Positions 15,949-24,799 of a DNA stretch of 35,234 nt are shown here, in pieces (within the stretch, counting starts at the first letter, position 1; every line of letters begins with the position of its first letter). Source of the DNA: an uncultured Candidatus Saccharibacteria bacterium (lineage in GTDB: Bacteria > Patescibacteriota > Minisyncoccia > CAYVXU01); contig CAYVXU010000003.1 in the NCBI GenBank assembly GCA_964454705.1, positions 16,180 to 51,413 on the forward strand, read 5' to 3'. The notes below the pieces were generated by a model. That model was given only the letters and a program-made list of their open reading frames with translations, made no database searches and was not told the DNA's origin. A program made the translations under genes and the position numbers.

Positions 15949-18900
15949 TCAGTTTTTTGCGCTATCGCCTCCTCCTGCGGCGGACACTGCTTCCCGGGGA
16001 CGAGTACGGGTAAGCCACGAATAGAGCACGGGTGTGGTGAAGAGCGAGAGGATGCCCGATGCAAGAATGCCGGCAATAATCACTACCGCAAGCCCCCTCC
16101 AGAAAGACGAGAACACCGCAAGCGGCAAAAGTCCGGCGAGTGCGGTAATCTTGGTAAGAATAATGGGGCGCAGGCGAATGCCGCTTGCAAGCGCAATCGC
16201 CTCTTTTTTATCTACTCCCTCTGCGACCATGCGGTTTGCAAGATCAATAAGAAAGATCCCCACGTTCTCTACAATGCCAATTACCATAATAATCCCCAGC
16301 ACCTCGAGAAATCCTAATTGCCCATTCGTGAAAAGAGCGAGCGCCGGAAATACACCGATAAACATCAGGGGCACCGCGAAAAGAATGATAAAGGGCTGAA
16401 GGAGCGACCGGAAGAATACCACAAAAGCAACGTAGGTAATCACGAGAGAAAACCAGATTGCGGCAAAGAGTTCCTGAAATGACTGTTCGAATTCATTTCC
16501 CGCGCCCCGCTTTTCTACGTCCCGCTCGGAAAGGCCCAGTATTCCCACGTTATCTTTCACCCACTCATCGATTCTGCGCTGTACCTCAATTGCATCCCGC
16601 TCATCGTGCACGCGTGCCCGAACCTCTGCAAACCGTTCTCCGTTGAGATGCCGTATGGCTTCAGGAACCTGTTCCTCCCGCACCGCGGCAAGCTCATGGA
16701 GCAGGCGATTTCCCCGCGGTGTAACTACCGTGAGCTCCTTCAATGCGCGTGCCGATTGGGGTTTTCCGCCTGGTTCGCTTCGGAGAATCACCTCGTGTCC
16801 GTTTACTCTCAATAATGTGGATTCGCCGAGCGCGGAGCCAACTTGCCCAAGTATTGCTGCGGGTTGGATACCCGCATTCGCAAGGGCGCTCTCCTTGGGC
16901 ACTACCACCAATTCATTGGTTTTATCTTCCCCATCGTACCGCACTTCAGCAACCTCGGGATATCCCCGAAGTTCTTCAGCGATTCGTTTGGCTGCCTCGA
17001 GAAGCCTGTCTGGGTCACTGCGAAAGACTGGCACGCTTACGGGAAAACTCGCTTGAGGAGGACCATTGGTAAGCTCGGAAGCGCGTGCCCGCTCTCCGAA
17101 CTTTTCCTTTACCGCACGATCGAGCGATTCGGCAATTTCGCCGCTTGTGCGGTCGCGGTCGGCTTTATCTTTGAGCGCCACAAAAAGAGGCATCGCGCTG
17201 GATGCGCCTGCTCCTTCATCGAGCGAACGGTAGAAAAAATGTTTTATCTCTCCTTTGTGAGAGGCGAGAATTGCCTCAACCTCCCGGCTCGTTGCAAGGA
17301 GATGCGCGTTTGTGGGGTTCGGGCCCGTGGGAATGCTCATTTCAAGAAATTCGATGTCTTCCGGCTGGGAAAACTGCACCTGATGAATCGCGCCGGCCTG
17401 GAATAGCGCAAGACTTATTCCGATCGGGATCACCACTCCAAGGAGAACGACTGCGATTTGAAGCCAGCGGCGCGCAAGAATAAAGCGGTTGGCCCGGATA
17501 AACCGCCGTCCAAGACGCCAGAGATTTTTTGTCTCATATTCATGATGCACTTCGGCAGTGCCGGCCCTCAAAAACCTTCCTGCAAACCATGTAAGGAAGA
17601 ACATCGGCACAAAGTAGGAAGCAAGGAGGGCTGGGATCACGGTAAAGGGAATATACTGAATAATCTCACCGAATATCCCCGAAACAATCCCGAAGGGTAA
17701 AAATACAATAAGTGAGGTGAGTACTGCAATAAACACCCCTCTGCCGATCATCTGCACGGATCGCAGTACTGCCTCATTGCCACGATACCCCAGTTCAAGA
17801 TACCGGCGGATTGACTCAAGGACCACAATGGCAGGGTCGACAATCAACCCAAGCACCAGTACGAGTGAAAAAAGCACGATCACGTTGAGTTCGATCCCGG
17901 CAAGATCGAGATAGATAAAGGTAAAAAGGAATGAAAGAGGCACCGTGACCACTGAAATAAGCGCGCTCCGCCAATCAAGAAACAAGAGGATCCCGATCAT
18001 AAGAAGCCAGATGCCGCCAAAGAGATACCCCAACCGTGAGAGCGGCCCCTCGATGTTCCATTGACCGCCAATCGCCGCTTCAACAAGCTCGTCGATCTGG
18101 CGCCGTGACTGCTCTGCCTGGTTAAATACCACTTCGTATCGCACGCCCTCTTCCCGGCCATTGAGGTTTTCAAGCGCTTTTTTCACCTCGGTATCAGTCG
18201 CAAGGAGACTCGCACTGCGGGTGAGCCGTGCGGTATAGAGCACGGCTCCGCGCATACGCAGCTTACTGCCGCTCTCAAAACCTACCCGATGAACCTGACC
18301 GCCGTAGTCGAGCGCGGTATAGACGCGTGCCGCCTCTGCAAGCCGGAGCGTGCGGGAGGGCACGGTACCGCGGCCCGGAACGGTAATACGAATATTTTTA
18401 ACATCTTCTTCTGAAGCAAGTGAGAGTTTGCCCGCTACAGGCATGCGTGTGCTGTTCACGAGTATCTCACCAAGAGGAAAGCCTGTATTCGCTGCCCGGA
18501 TTTCTCTTGCCAGATCCGGTGACTGGAACTCCCGCTTTGGTTCAATATAAATTTGCTCTTGTATGTTGCTTAAACGGGTTACACTCTTTATTCCTTTTAC
18601 CCGTTTTAACTCGTCTTCAAGAGGTTTCCCGAACGGCAAGAGTTCCCTGATCGAGCGATTCCCCGTAACCGCGATAATGTAGGGTGCGCCGCCAATCTCC
18701 GGCACCACTATCTCCGGCTCCCGCACGCCCTCGGGCAGCGCTACCGAAGCAAGCTTGGTACGCGCTTCCTGTATCGAGCGGTCTGCACGAGAGCCCTCCT
18801 CAAACGAAAGCACCACAAGCGAGACATTGCTCTGTGATACCGAACGAATCTCCTTTAAATCCGGCACATCCCGCAAGGCATCCTCAATCGGCGTAGTAAC

Positions 18901-19134
18901 AGATGCCGCAACGGTTTCGGGGCCCGCCCCCGGCGCGACGGTATTGATAATTGCGACAGGAACCGGCACCTCCGGAAATCCCTCCGTGCGCAAACGGGTT
19001 AAACTAAAGCCACCTGCAAGAATAATCACCGCAAGAAGAAGCGCGGTAAGCTGGGTATTCTCAAGAAAATACCGGACCAGCCGGTAATTCCAGTCAGAGG
19101 TAGGTTGTGTCATACGCATTATTAAATCCCGCAT
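15949..19134 (-). CDS. RND-superfamily efflux permease (AcrB/AcrD/AcrF-like)
   Basis: 1061 aa. YFLENTQLTALLLAVIILAGGFSLTRLRTEGFPEVPVPVAIINTVAPGAGPETVAASVTTPIEDAL, and a 12-TM two-lobe layout. The start may instead be M6 or M8. Confidence 0.9.
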   Translation of the reverse strand: MRDLIMRMTQPTSDWNYRLVRYFLENTQLTALLLAVIILAGGFSLTRLRTEGFPEVPVPVAIINTVAPGAGPETVAASVTTPIEDALRDVPDLKEIRSVSQSNVSLVVLSFEEGSRADRSIQEARTKLASVALPEGVREPEIVVPEIGGAPYIIAVTGNRSIRELLPFGKPLEDELKRVKGIKSVTRLSNIQEQIYIEPKREFQSPDLAREIRAANTGFPLGEILVNSTRMPVAGKLSLASEEDVKNIRITVPGRGTVPSRTLRLAEAARVYTALDYGGQVHRVGFESGSKLRMRGAVLYTARLTRSASLLATDTEVKKALENLNGREEGVRYEVVFNQAEQSRRQIDELVEAAIGGQWNIEGPLSRLGYLFGGIWLLMIGILLFLDWRSALISVVTVPLSFLFTFIYLDLAGIELNVIVLFSLVLVLGLIVDPAIVVLESIRRYLELGYRGNEAVLRSVQMIGRGVFIAVLTSLIVFLPFGIVSGIFGEIIQYIPFTVIPALLASYFVPMFFLTWFAGRFLRAGTAEVHHEYETKNLWRLGRRFIRANRFILARRWLQIAVVLLGVVIPIGISLALFQAGAIHQVQFSQPEDIEFLEMSIPTGPNPTNAHLLATSREVEAILASHKGEIKHFFYRSLDEGAGASSAMPLFVALKDKADRDRTSGEIAESLDRAVKEKFGERARASELTNGPPQASFPVSVPVFRSDPDRLLEAAKRIAEELRGYPEVAEVRYDGEDKTNELVVVPKESALANAGIQPAAILGQVGSALGESTLLRVNGHEVILRSEPGGKPQSARALKELTVVTPRGNRLLHELAAVREEQVPEAIRHLNGERFAEVRARVHDERDAIEVQRRIDEWVKDNVGILGLSERDVEKRGAGNEFEQSFQELFAAIWFSLVITYVAFVVFFRSLLQPFIILFAVPLMFIGVFPALALFTNGQLGFLEVLGIIMVIGIVENVGIFLIDLANRMVAEGVDKKEAIALASGIRLRPIILTKITALAGLLPLAVFSSFWRGLAVVIIAGILASGILSLFTTPVLYSWLTRTRPREAVSAAGGGDSAKN

Positions 19135-19165
19135 AAAGCGGGCATGTATGACACAATATTAGCAT

Positions 19166-19204
19166 ATTTTTTCCTTTAGTCAAGCTTTTGACTAGAAAAC
19201 ACTA
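19166..19204 (-). promoter_or_regulatory. Promoter of the RND gene with an overlapping palindrome (possible operator)
   Basis: On the minus strand: TTGACT (19193-19188), a 16-nt spacer, TAATAT (19171-19166). The inverted repeat tagtca-N6-tgacta (19187-19204) covers the -35. Confidence 0.4.
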
Positions 19205-19294
19205 TTCAGATCGGTTGATTTGAAATAGAAATACTCAAAATCACAAGAGTATGCGATAGCAGTTTTTTGTGATTGATATTGTACTCATGAGTAA

Positions 19295-21019
19295 TCAGCG
19301 CACGTATATCTGGATATCCTTCCGGGCAATTATCACTCCTGTCGGATCGCGCGCTACGAATGCGAGCATATAGGGCCCGCTTCCTCTCCACTGCCAATTT
19401 GAGAGGTCAACCCATGCTTCCTTATGCGGGTATTCCTGCGCACTGTCAGCCATACTATTGAGCTGGTCCCCGTCTACCTGCCAGTACATTTGATACGAGG
19501 AGAGTGAAAGCCCCGGGACAATAGCTTTAAACGGCTGGGTGCCTGAAACCGATCCGCCGTTCACCGGCCACCATATCTCTATCCTCCTCGCGGTTGGAGT
19601 ATCCGGGGGTGGCGAAGGAGAGGAGGCACTGCCCACGTTCATCACAAGCGCATTATCTTCCCACCTATAAAGGGGTGTCCAACCATTTCCGAATACTCCT
19701 ATTTTCAGACGATACGTACCGGGCTCTTTGGGTGTCCACCCGAGGGAATAGTTTTTTGTCTCGCCCACACCCAACGCCTGGCTCTCAAAGAAGCGCTGGT
19801 GAACTTTCTGATTCGCTCCATTATAGACCTCAAGATCCGCGAGAACCTGTATCGAGGAAGAACCAGTATTTTTTATTGAGACGGTGACAGGCGAAGATTC
19901 GTTTACGGTGATTGTTCCATTCGCACGGGCAGTTGCGCTCACCGAGACGGGGCCGGAAGGCGGAGGCGCAGGAGAAGGAGTACCTCCGCTAAACCAGTTT
20001 GCCATAATGGTCTCGGCCTGCTTGCGCTGGGGAGTGAAGCTGGTAGTGCCCGGTCCTCCGGCATTTGGGTCTGTCTCCCAATCCCAGAGATGAACCCCCT
20101 GCATAAATGAATAGGCATTCCAGTAAGAAAATAGCGCTTCATAGGAGTTTGCCTGCTCCCGTTCATCCGGGCTTCCGCCCATAAGATAGTTCCACGGCTG
20201 CTCATGCGCGCCTTGTACGCTCCGGTATCCTACCTCCGTGAATACCACCGGTTTGTGAAAGCGCTGATAAAGAGGGGTAACCTGACGCTGGTTAATGTTG
20301 TGCCAGGCAGAACGAAGCGCACTTACAGAGTTATCTCCTCCCGTATGCAAATTGTAATAGGCGGAAATCCCGATACTATCGAGGGAAGGCCAAAATCCTA
20401 CCCGCATTCCTTCGTCATAGGAGGGCGTACCCCAGTTCGCGCTATAGGTAAGCTTCCCGGAGTACAGGCCGCGGATACGGCCAATGAGCGCAGTCCAGTA
20501 CCGCGTATTTTCCGCGTGCACCGAAGGATCGGTGAGTGAGACAAGTTCAGTGCCGATTGTAATCTGCGCAACACCATATTGCTGGGCGATGCGCGCATAG
20601 GAAGAAAGAATGCTCTCATAGTTACGAAACCAGCCTGCCCGATCACTGGGGTTAATGTACGCCCGCCATTGCCCGCCGTACTCTTCGTGATGGATCTTAT
20701 ACATCACTCTCATTCCCAAGGAACGAGCGAGGTTGGTAGCGGTTATCAATGCGTCATCACTCGGGGTGTTGGGACCTCTCCCGATATCTGAAGAATAGAT
20801 ATTCGACTGGTAGAGCGGAATAATGAACGTTGCGTAATTCACGCCCACACGGGCGGCATTACGTAGTGACTGCGCAAACCCATCGCTCGCTAAATCAGTA
20901 GGATGCCGCGGCACGATGCTCACCCCCTTTTCCCATTGAGAAACAGCCCCCCACGCGTCATGAGGAAGCATCGAGAGAAGAGTGAGAAGGGAAAGAAGAG
21001 TTGCTAAATACGTACGCAC
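19295..21019 (-). CDS. Secreted glycoside-hydrolase-like TIM-barrel protein with C-terminal Ig-like domains (family not assigned)
   Basis: Signal peptide (LLSLLTLLSMLPHDAWGA). Clan GH-A-like motifs (...ITIGTELVS..., ...VVFTEVGYRS...). Two beta-rich C-terminal domains. GTG start. Confidence 0.6.
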   Translation of the reverse strand: MRTYLATLLSLLTLLSMLPHDAWGAVSQWEKGVSIVPRHPTDLASDGFAQSLRNAARVGVNYATFIIPLYQSNIYSSDIGRGPNTPSDDALITATNLARSLGMRVMYKIHHEEYGGQWRAYINPSDRAGWFRNYESILSSYARIAQQYGVAQITIGTELVSLTDPSVHAENTRYWTALIGRIRGLYSGKLTYSANWGTPSYDEGMRVGFWPSLDSIGISAYYNLHTGGDNSVSALRSAWHNINQRQVTPLYQRFHKPVVFTEVGYRSVQGAHEQPWNYLMGGSPDEREQANSYEALFSYWNAYSFMQGVHLWDWETDPNAGGPGTTSFTPQRKQAETIMANWFSGGTPSPAPPPSGPVSVSATARANGTITVNESSPVTVSIKNTGSSSIQVLADLEVYNGANQKVHQRFFESQALGVGETKNYSLGWTPKEPGTYRLKIGVFGNGWTPLYRWEDNALVMNVGSASSPSPPPDTPTARRIEIWWPVNGGSVSGTQPFKAIVPGLSLSSYQMYWQVDGDQLNSMADSAQEYPHKEAWVDLSNWQWRGSGPYMLAFVARDPTGVIIARKDIQIYVR

Positions 21020-21143
21020 CGAGGGAGAGAGTGCGGAGCCCTTGCGCTTTCTGCAAGGTAGTTTGCAATAGCAAGCAGGGCTTTCTTTGCTATCCTAAAC
21101 GGACGGCGAGCAGGACTGTTACAGCCAAAAGGCCTCACCACCT

Positions 21144-21362
21144 CTAAAATGCGCTGTTTTTCGTGAGAAAAATAATGAGCGTGAGCACCATGCCCGCCGC
21201 AATGCCGATGAGGAGCCATGCCAGTCTGCTTTGTACGCGCCGCTTCCCAATTATGACATATTCCCTTTGCAGGCGCGTAAGGATCTCGCTCCCTATATCC
21301 CCGCCCGCGCTTTGGGCGTGTGTGGTATGAGTCGAAGACTTTTCCCGAAAACCTGTTTCCAT
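21144..21362 (-). CDS. Small C-terminally TM-anchored protein
   Basis: 72 aa with TM LAWLLIGIAAGMVLTLIIFL. Its ATG lies 2 nt after the CBS gene stop, which suggests translational coupling. Confidence 0.4.
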   Translation of the reverse strand: METGFREKSSTHTTHAQSAGGDIGSEILTRLQREYVIIGKRRVQSRLAWLLIGIAAGMVLTLIIFLTKNSAF

Positions 21363-21364
21363 GT

Positions 21365-21874
21365 CTATTCGCTGTCTCTCTTCCCCTGCGGTCTCCCCAT
21401 AAGAAGATAAAAGGGCTTGAGCACATCAAATCTACTCACCACTCCCACCACTCTCTCTTGCGAATCAACCACCGGCACGGGATTCACGCGGTGGTGCTCA
21501 CGAAATATCATCACCGCCTCTTCGTAGGTGGTATCTTCCCTAAAATAAAGGGGATCGTTATTCATAACGTCGGCCGCTTTCAGAGAAGAAAGTATCCCTA
21601 TCTCCTCTTTGAGATGCGGCCTATCTTTTTCAAAAATAAGAAGATTCTGGAGCACCTTCTGGAGAGTGGGGAGGTGGAGGGAAGAACTTTTGCTGATAAG
21701 ATCATATTCAGTAATAATTCCTACAAGTTTATTCGCGCCATCCACGACAGGCACCCCGTCAAAGTTGTGTTCAGCGAGAATCCGTGACACATCGAGAAGC
21801 GACGTTTCCGGTAAGACTGTGATGCCTCCTTTCGTCATAATATCCGTAACCAATACCTTTTCATTCTTCTCCAT
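21365..21874 (-). CDS. CBS domain pair protein
   Basis: Two CBS repeats: VTDIMTKGGITVLPETSLLDVSRILAEHNFDGVPVVD... and ...AADVMNNDPLYFREDTTYEEAVMIFREHHRVNPVPVVD. Confidence 0.85.
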   Translation of the reverse strand: MEKNEKVLVTDIMTKGGITVLPETSLLDVSRILAEHNFDGVPVVDGANKLVGIITEYDLISKSSSLHLPTLQKVLQNLLIFEKDRPHLKEEIGILSSLKAADVMNNDPLYFREDTTYEEAVMIFREHHRVNPVPVVDSQERVVGVVSRFDVLKPFYLLMGRPQGKRDSE

Positions 21875-21974
21875 ATATGGGGTTTTAGACTGTTGTACTC
21901 ATTATAGTGGATTTACTGCCATAAACAAATAAAGAGTGTGGATATTCCGTCTTTTTTCGGAGATATGAGGGGTA

Positions 21975-22796
21975 TTGAAATATATGATCCGCCTCGTTTT
22001 TCGTATTACGCTTTTCTCGCTTCTCTTCGCCGCCGGATTCGGCGCGCGCTTTGCATACCCCGTCCACAGCATGCAAGCAAGTGGTATATCGCCCGCGCAG
22101 TCGCTTATAGAAATTGTCGAACCTACCCGGGAGAACACATACACCACAAGTCAACCTGAAGTTACCATTTCCGCGCATGTAAACACCGCATCAGAAATTA
22201 CTGGGGTACTGTGGAAAAACAACAGAAACGGAAAAAATGGTGAAGCACAGGAACACCAGGAGAGTGCGACATTCAGCGTACCGCTCGAACCCGGGAAAAA
22301 CGTTATCACCTCCACTGCGATCAACCACAGAGGGAAGAGAGACCGCGATTATCTTACTGTGTACCGAAAGAATCCGCCCTCTCCTCTCCCGCCACCCACG
22401 CCCATCCGTAGCCCGTTACCCAAACCTCCCGATCCCTCTCCCTCCCCACTCCCCTCTTCCGCAGTAAAACCGTCTCCGTCCCCAAAGTCTTTTCCTGCAT
22501 CACCTTCACCGATCCCTCTACCTCGTATACCGGTAAGGTATAATGTATCCCTCCTCCCGCCGTCTCCCCCGGCATCTGCACCGCTCCCTACTACCCGGGG
22601 TCTCGCGGGGTTAAGCGCCTCTTCCACCGCGACCACATCCCGCGAGTCCATGCAACCCACAAATTACCCATTTCATCCAGCTTTCTTTGTAATGACTGCT
22701 CTCCTCACAATAGGCGCAAGTACCTACGGAATGTACCATTTCCTCCCTCAATCCTCTCTTCCGAATTGGTTTCGCGCAAAGAGATATCGCTCCTAA
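21975..22796 (+). CDS. Surface protein: signal peptide, Ig-like domain, Pro-rich linker, C-terminal TM anchor
   Basis: 273 aa. Its Ig-like module is paralogous to the C-terminal module of the next gene. Confidence 0.65.
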   Translation: MKYMIRLVFRITLFSLLFAAGFGARFAYPVHSMQASGISPAQSLIEIVEPTRENTYTTSQPEVTISAHVNTASEITGVLWKNNRNGKNGEAQEHQESATFSVPLEPGKNVITSTAINHRGKRDRDYLTVYRKNPPSPLPPPTPIRSPLPKPPDPSPSPLPSSAVKPSPSPKSFPASPSPIPLPRIPVRYNVSLLPPSPPASAPLPTTRGLAGLSASSTATTSRESMQPTNYPFHPAFFVMTALLTIGASTYGMYHFLPQSSLPNWFRAKRYRS

Positions 22797-22846
22797 AATT
22801 TTTAGTGCTCATGGCGGGCAGATAGGAAATCGGGTACACTAAGCTT

Positions 22847-24505
22847 ATGCGATACTTTTTGCTTGCGTTCCTCACATTCTTGCTTGTTGCTGCAACTCTC
22901 CATCCCCGCTTCTTCTCCTCTCCTCTCTACGCCGCATCGCTCTCCATCAATGCAACAGACGGCGGCATTACCATAGAGGGAGTGGGGCCATTGGAAACGG
23001 TGTACGACTATTCAGCGCAACGGTGCAATGAAACTGATGTGCCCGACCTGCCGGCACGCGCATTCCGGGACGCCGACGGCGCCATTAACCTCCACGCCGC
23101 CCATACGCTAAATTATCGCAGTGTAGGCAAGTCATTTGATTCGCTCCGGCGCAGCTGCACTTCGATCTATTCCTCAAAAAACAAAAAAGACTTTAATGCC
23201 CTCACCTACCACGAGTGGCTTTCTGCGCCGTATACCCCCGATGGAAAGAATGTGTATTCCCTCGTCCACAACGAATGGTATGCCAATCTTGTGGATCCGC
23301 GCTGCGTAAAATCTTCCGTGATCGGATGGATCAATTCGGTTACGCTCGTTGCCTCTCAAAATGGTGGAAAAACATTTTCACGCCCTGCGGATTATATAGT
23401 GCGCAGGCCGGCAAAGGAATGGAGCACTTCGTTTCCCTGCTCTGCCCCGGGGCCCACTACCAACACCGTATACGGGTCGTTTTCGCCTTCTAATATCATA
23501 AAAAAGGGAGAGTACTACTACTCAGTTGTACACGAAATAAAAGGCCCGTGGAATTCAGGAACGTGCCTTATGCGCACGGCCGATCTCTCGCGTGGAAGCG
23601 CATGGGAGATATTCACTGCAAACGACTGGCAAAAAGCCAATACAAAAACCGAGTGTGCCTTCCTCCAAAATGTAAATGTGATGCATGAATCACTCACGTA
23701 CAACACGTATCTGGGAAAGTATGTGCTCCTGGGAACCCTCTTCCACCCCACGCCTGATTTTGCAATTGCGCTTTCCGATGATCTTATCCATTGGTCAAAG
23801 CCAATACGCATTTTACGGCTTCCCGAACTGCATAGACCCTATCAGTACCCCTCGCTCATTGACCATACAAGCCCAAGCAGAAACTTCGAAACTACGGACC
23901 GCGAGGCGTACCTCTACTTTACCTTTCACCATGGCGCTCCCAATTACTCTGACCGCGACCTTATGCGCCAGAAGATCCGCTTTACTCAAACTGCCGATGC
24001 TACCCCGCCAACCGTAGAAATAGTGGTGCCCACGAAAGAACGTGCCTACGAAACCGATAAATCTTCCATTACCCTTTCCGCGCTTGTAACTGACACCTCC
24101 GACATCACCGCCGTAACATGGAAGAACAAGGCAAACAACAAGGAGGGTCCCGCGCAATTGAGTTACGGTTGGGTAGCGCTCAATGTGCCGCTCGCCGCGG
24201 GCGATAACGAAATTATCTATAGTGCACACGATCGCGCCGGAAACACCGGCGTAGATACCGTCACCATTCGCTACCGCTCTCCAGCTTTATCTTCTTCCCC
24301 GGTGCGTTCTTCCTTACCGCCCCTTCACACCGCTCCTCCCACTGATAGTCCTCTCCCCACCACCAGCCTTGTCGTGCCTGCACCTACGGATTCTCCCGAC
24401 TCACCCGCTCTGCGCAACCAACCGTTTCAACTCGCAATTTTTGTGGTAATTGCCCTTATTGTTATCGCCGCAACCATCTACGCGATCCGGTATCTTTTTC
24501 CATAA
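22847..24505 (+). CDS. Surface protein: signal peptide, large domain of unknown function, Ig-like domain, Pro/Ser-rich linker, C-terminal TM anchor
   Basis: 552 aa. C-terminus: ...TVEIVVPTKERAYETDKSSITLSALVTDTSDITAVTWKNKANNKEG...TVTIRY, then a Pro-rich stretch, then FQLAIFVVIALIVIAATIYAIRYLF. Confidence 0.7.
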   Translation: MRYFLLAFLTFLLVAATLHPRFFSSPLYAASLSINATDGGITIEGVGPLETVYDYSAQRCNETDVPDLPARAFRDADGAINLHAAHTLNYRSVGKSFDSLRRSCTSIYSSKNKKDFNALTYHEWLSAPYTPDGKNVYSLVHNEWYANLVDPRCVKSSVIGWINSVTLVASQNGGKTFSRPADYIVRRPAKEWSTSFPCSAPGPTTNTVYGSFSPSNIIKKGEYYYSVVHEIKGPWNSGTCLMRTADLSRGSAWEIFTANDWQKANTKTECAFLQNVNVMHESLTYNTYLGKYVLLGTLFHPTPDFAIALSDDLIHWSKPIRILRLPELHRPYQYPSLIDHTSPSRNFETTDREAYLYFTFHHGAPNYSDRDLMRQKIRFTQTADATPPTVEIVVPTKERAYETDKSSITLSALVTDTSDITAVTWKNKANNKEGPAQLSYGWVALNVPLAAGDNEIIYSAHDRAGNTGVDTVTIRYRSPALSSSPVRSSLPPLHTAPPTDSPLPTTSLVVPAPTDSPDSPALRNQPFQLAIFVVIALIVIAATIYAIRYLFP

Positions 24506-24544
24506 TACTCTCCTAAAAAGAGTTCAAAAACATTCTAAAGGAAA

Positions 24545-24575
24545 GCGGCTGGAACATATATCATGTTCCAGCCGC
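24545..24575. terminator. 13-bp perfect stem-loop between convergent genes
   Basis: gcggctggaacat / atgttccagccgc with loop atatc. On the minus strand it is followed by tttcctttag. Confidence 0.55.
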
Positions 24576-24610
24576 GTAAATAGGCATCATCCTCTACTCA
24601 CCCCAGAGCA

Positions 24611-24790
24611 TCAATCTCCTCCTTCTCTTGGCAGCGTGCGAGCGGCCTCGCGGATCAGCATGCGCGTAATACGCGGATTGTGCAGCGCTGTGTTCCCATA
24701 GGCAAAGCTGTGTCGTTACGCCTCCCGTTCTTCTGGCGTAACTATATGATACTTTGCCTTTTCTAAAAGCTTCTCGAGTTCCCGATCCAT
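24611..24790 (-). pseudogene. Small ORF (58 sense codons) interrupted by an in-frame TAA
   Basis: GGAGG-aaaa-ATG sits right after the purB stop. The frame reads MDRELEKLLEKAKYHIVTPEEREA-TAA-RHSFAYGNTALHNPRITRMLIREAARTLPREGGD-TGA, all in one frame. It is below the length cutoff of the ORF track. Confidence 0.35.
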
Positions 24791-24799
24791 TTTTCCTCC

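Noticed and set aside
11504-19087. Many antisense ORFs of 60-190 aa inside the kinase and RND genes (for example 12486-13007, 16843-17406, 9591-10109)
   Set aside because: They are shadow frames opposite long, well-supported genes. They have low-complexity, Arg/Ser-rich compositions and no start-site context.
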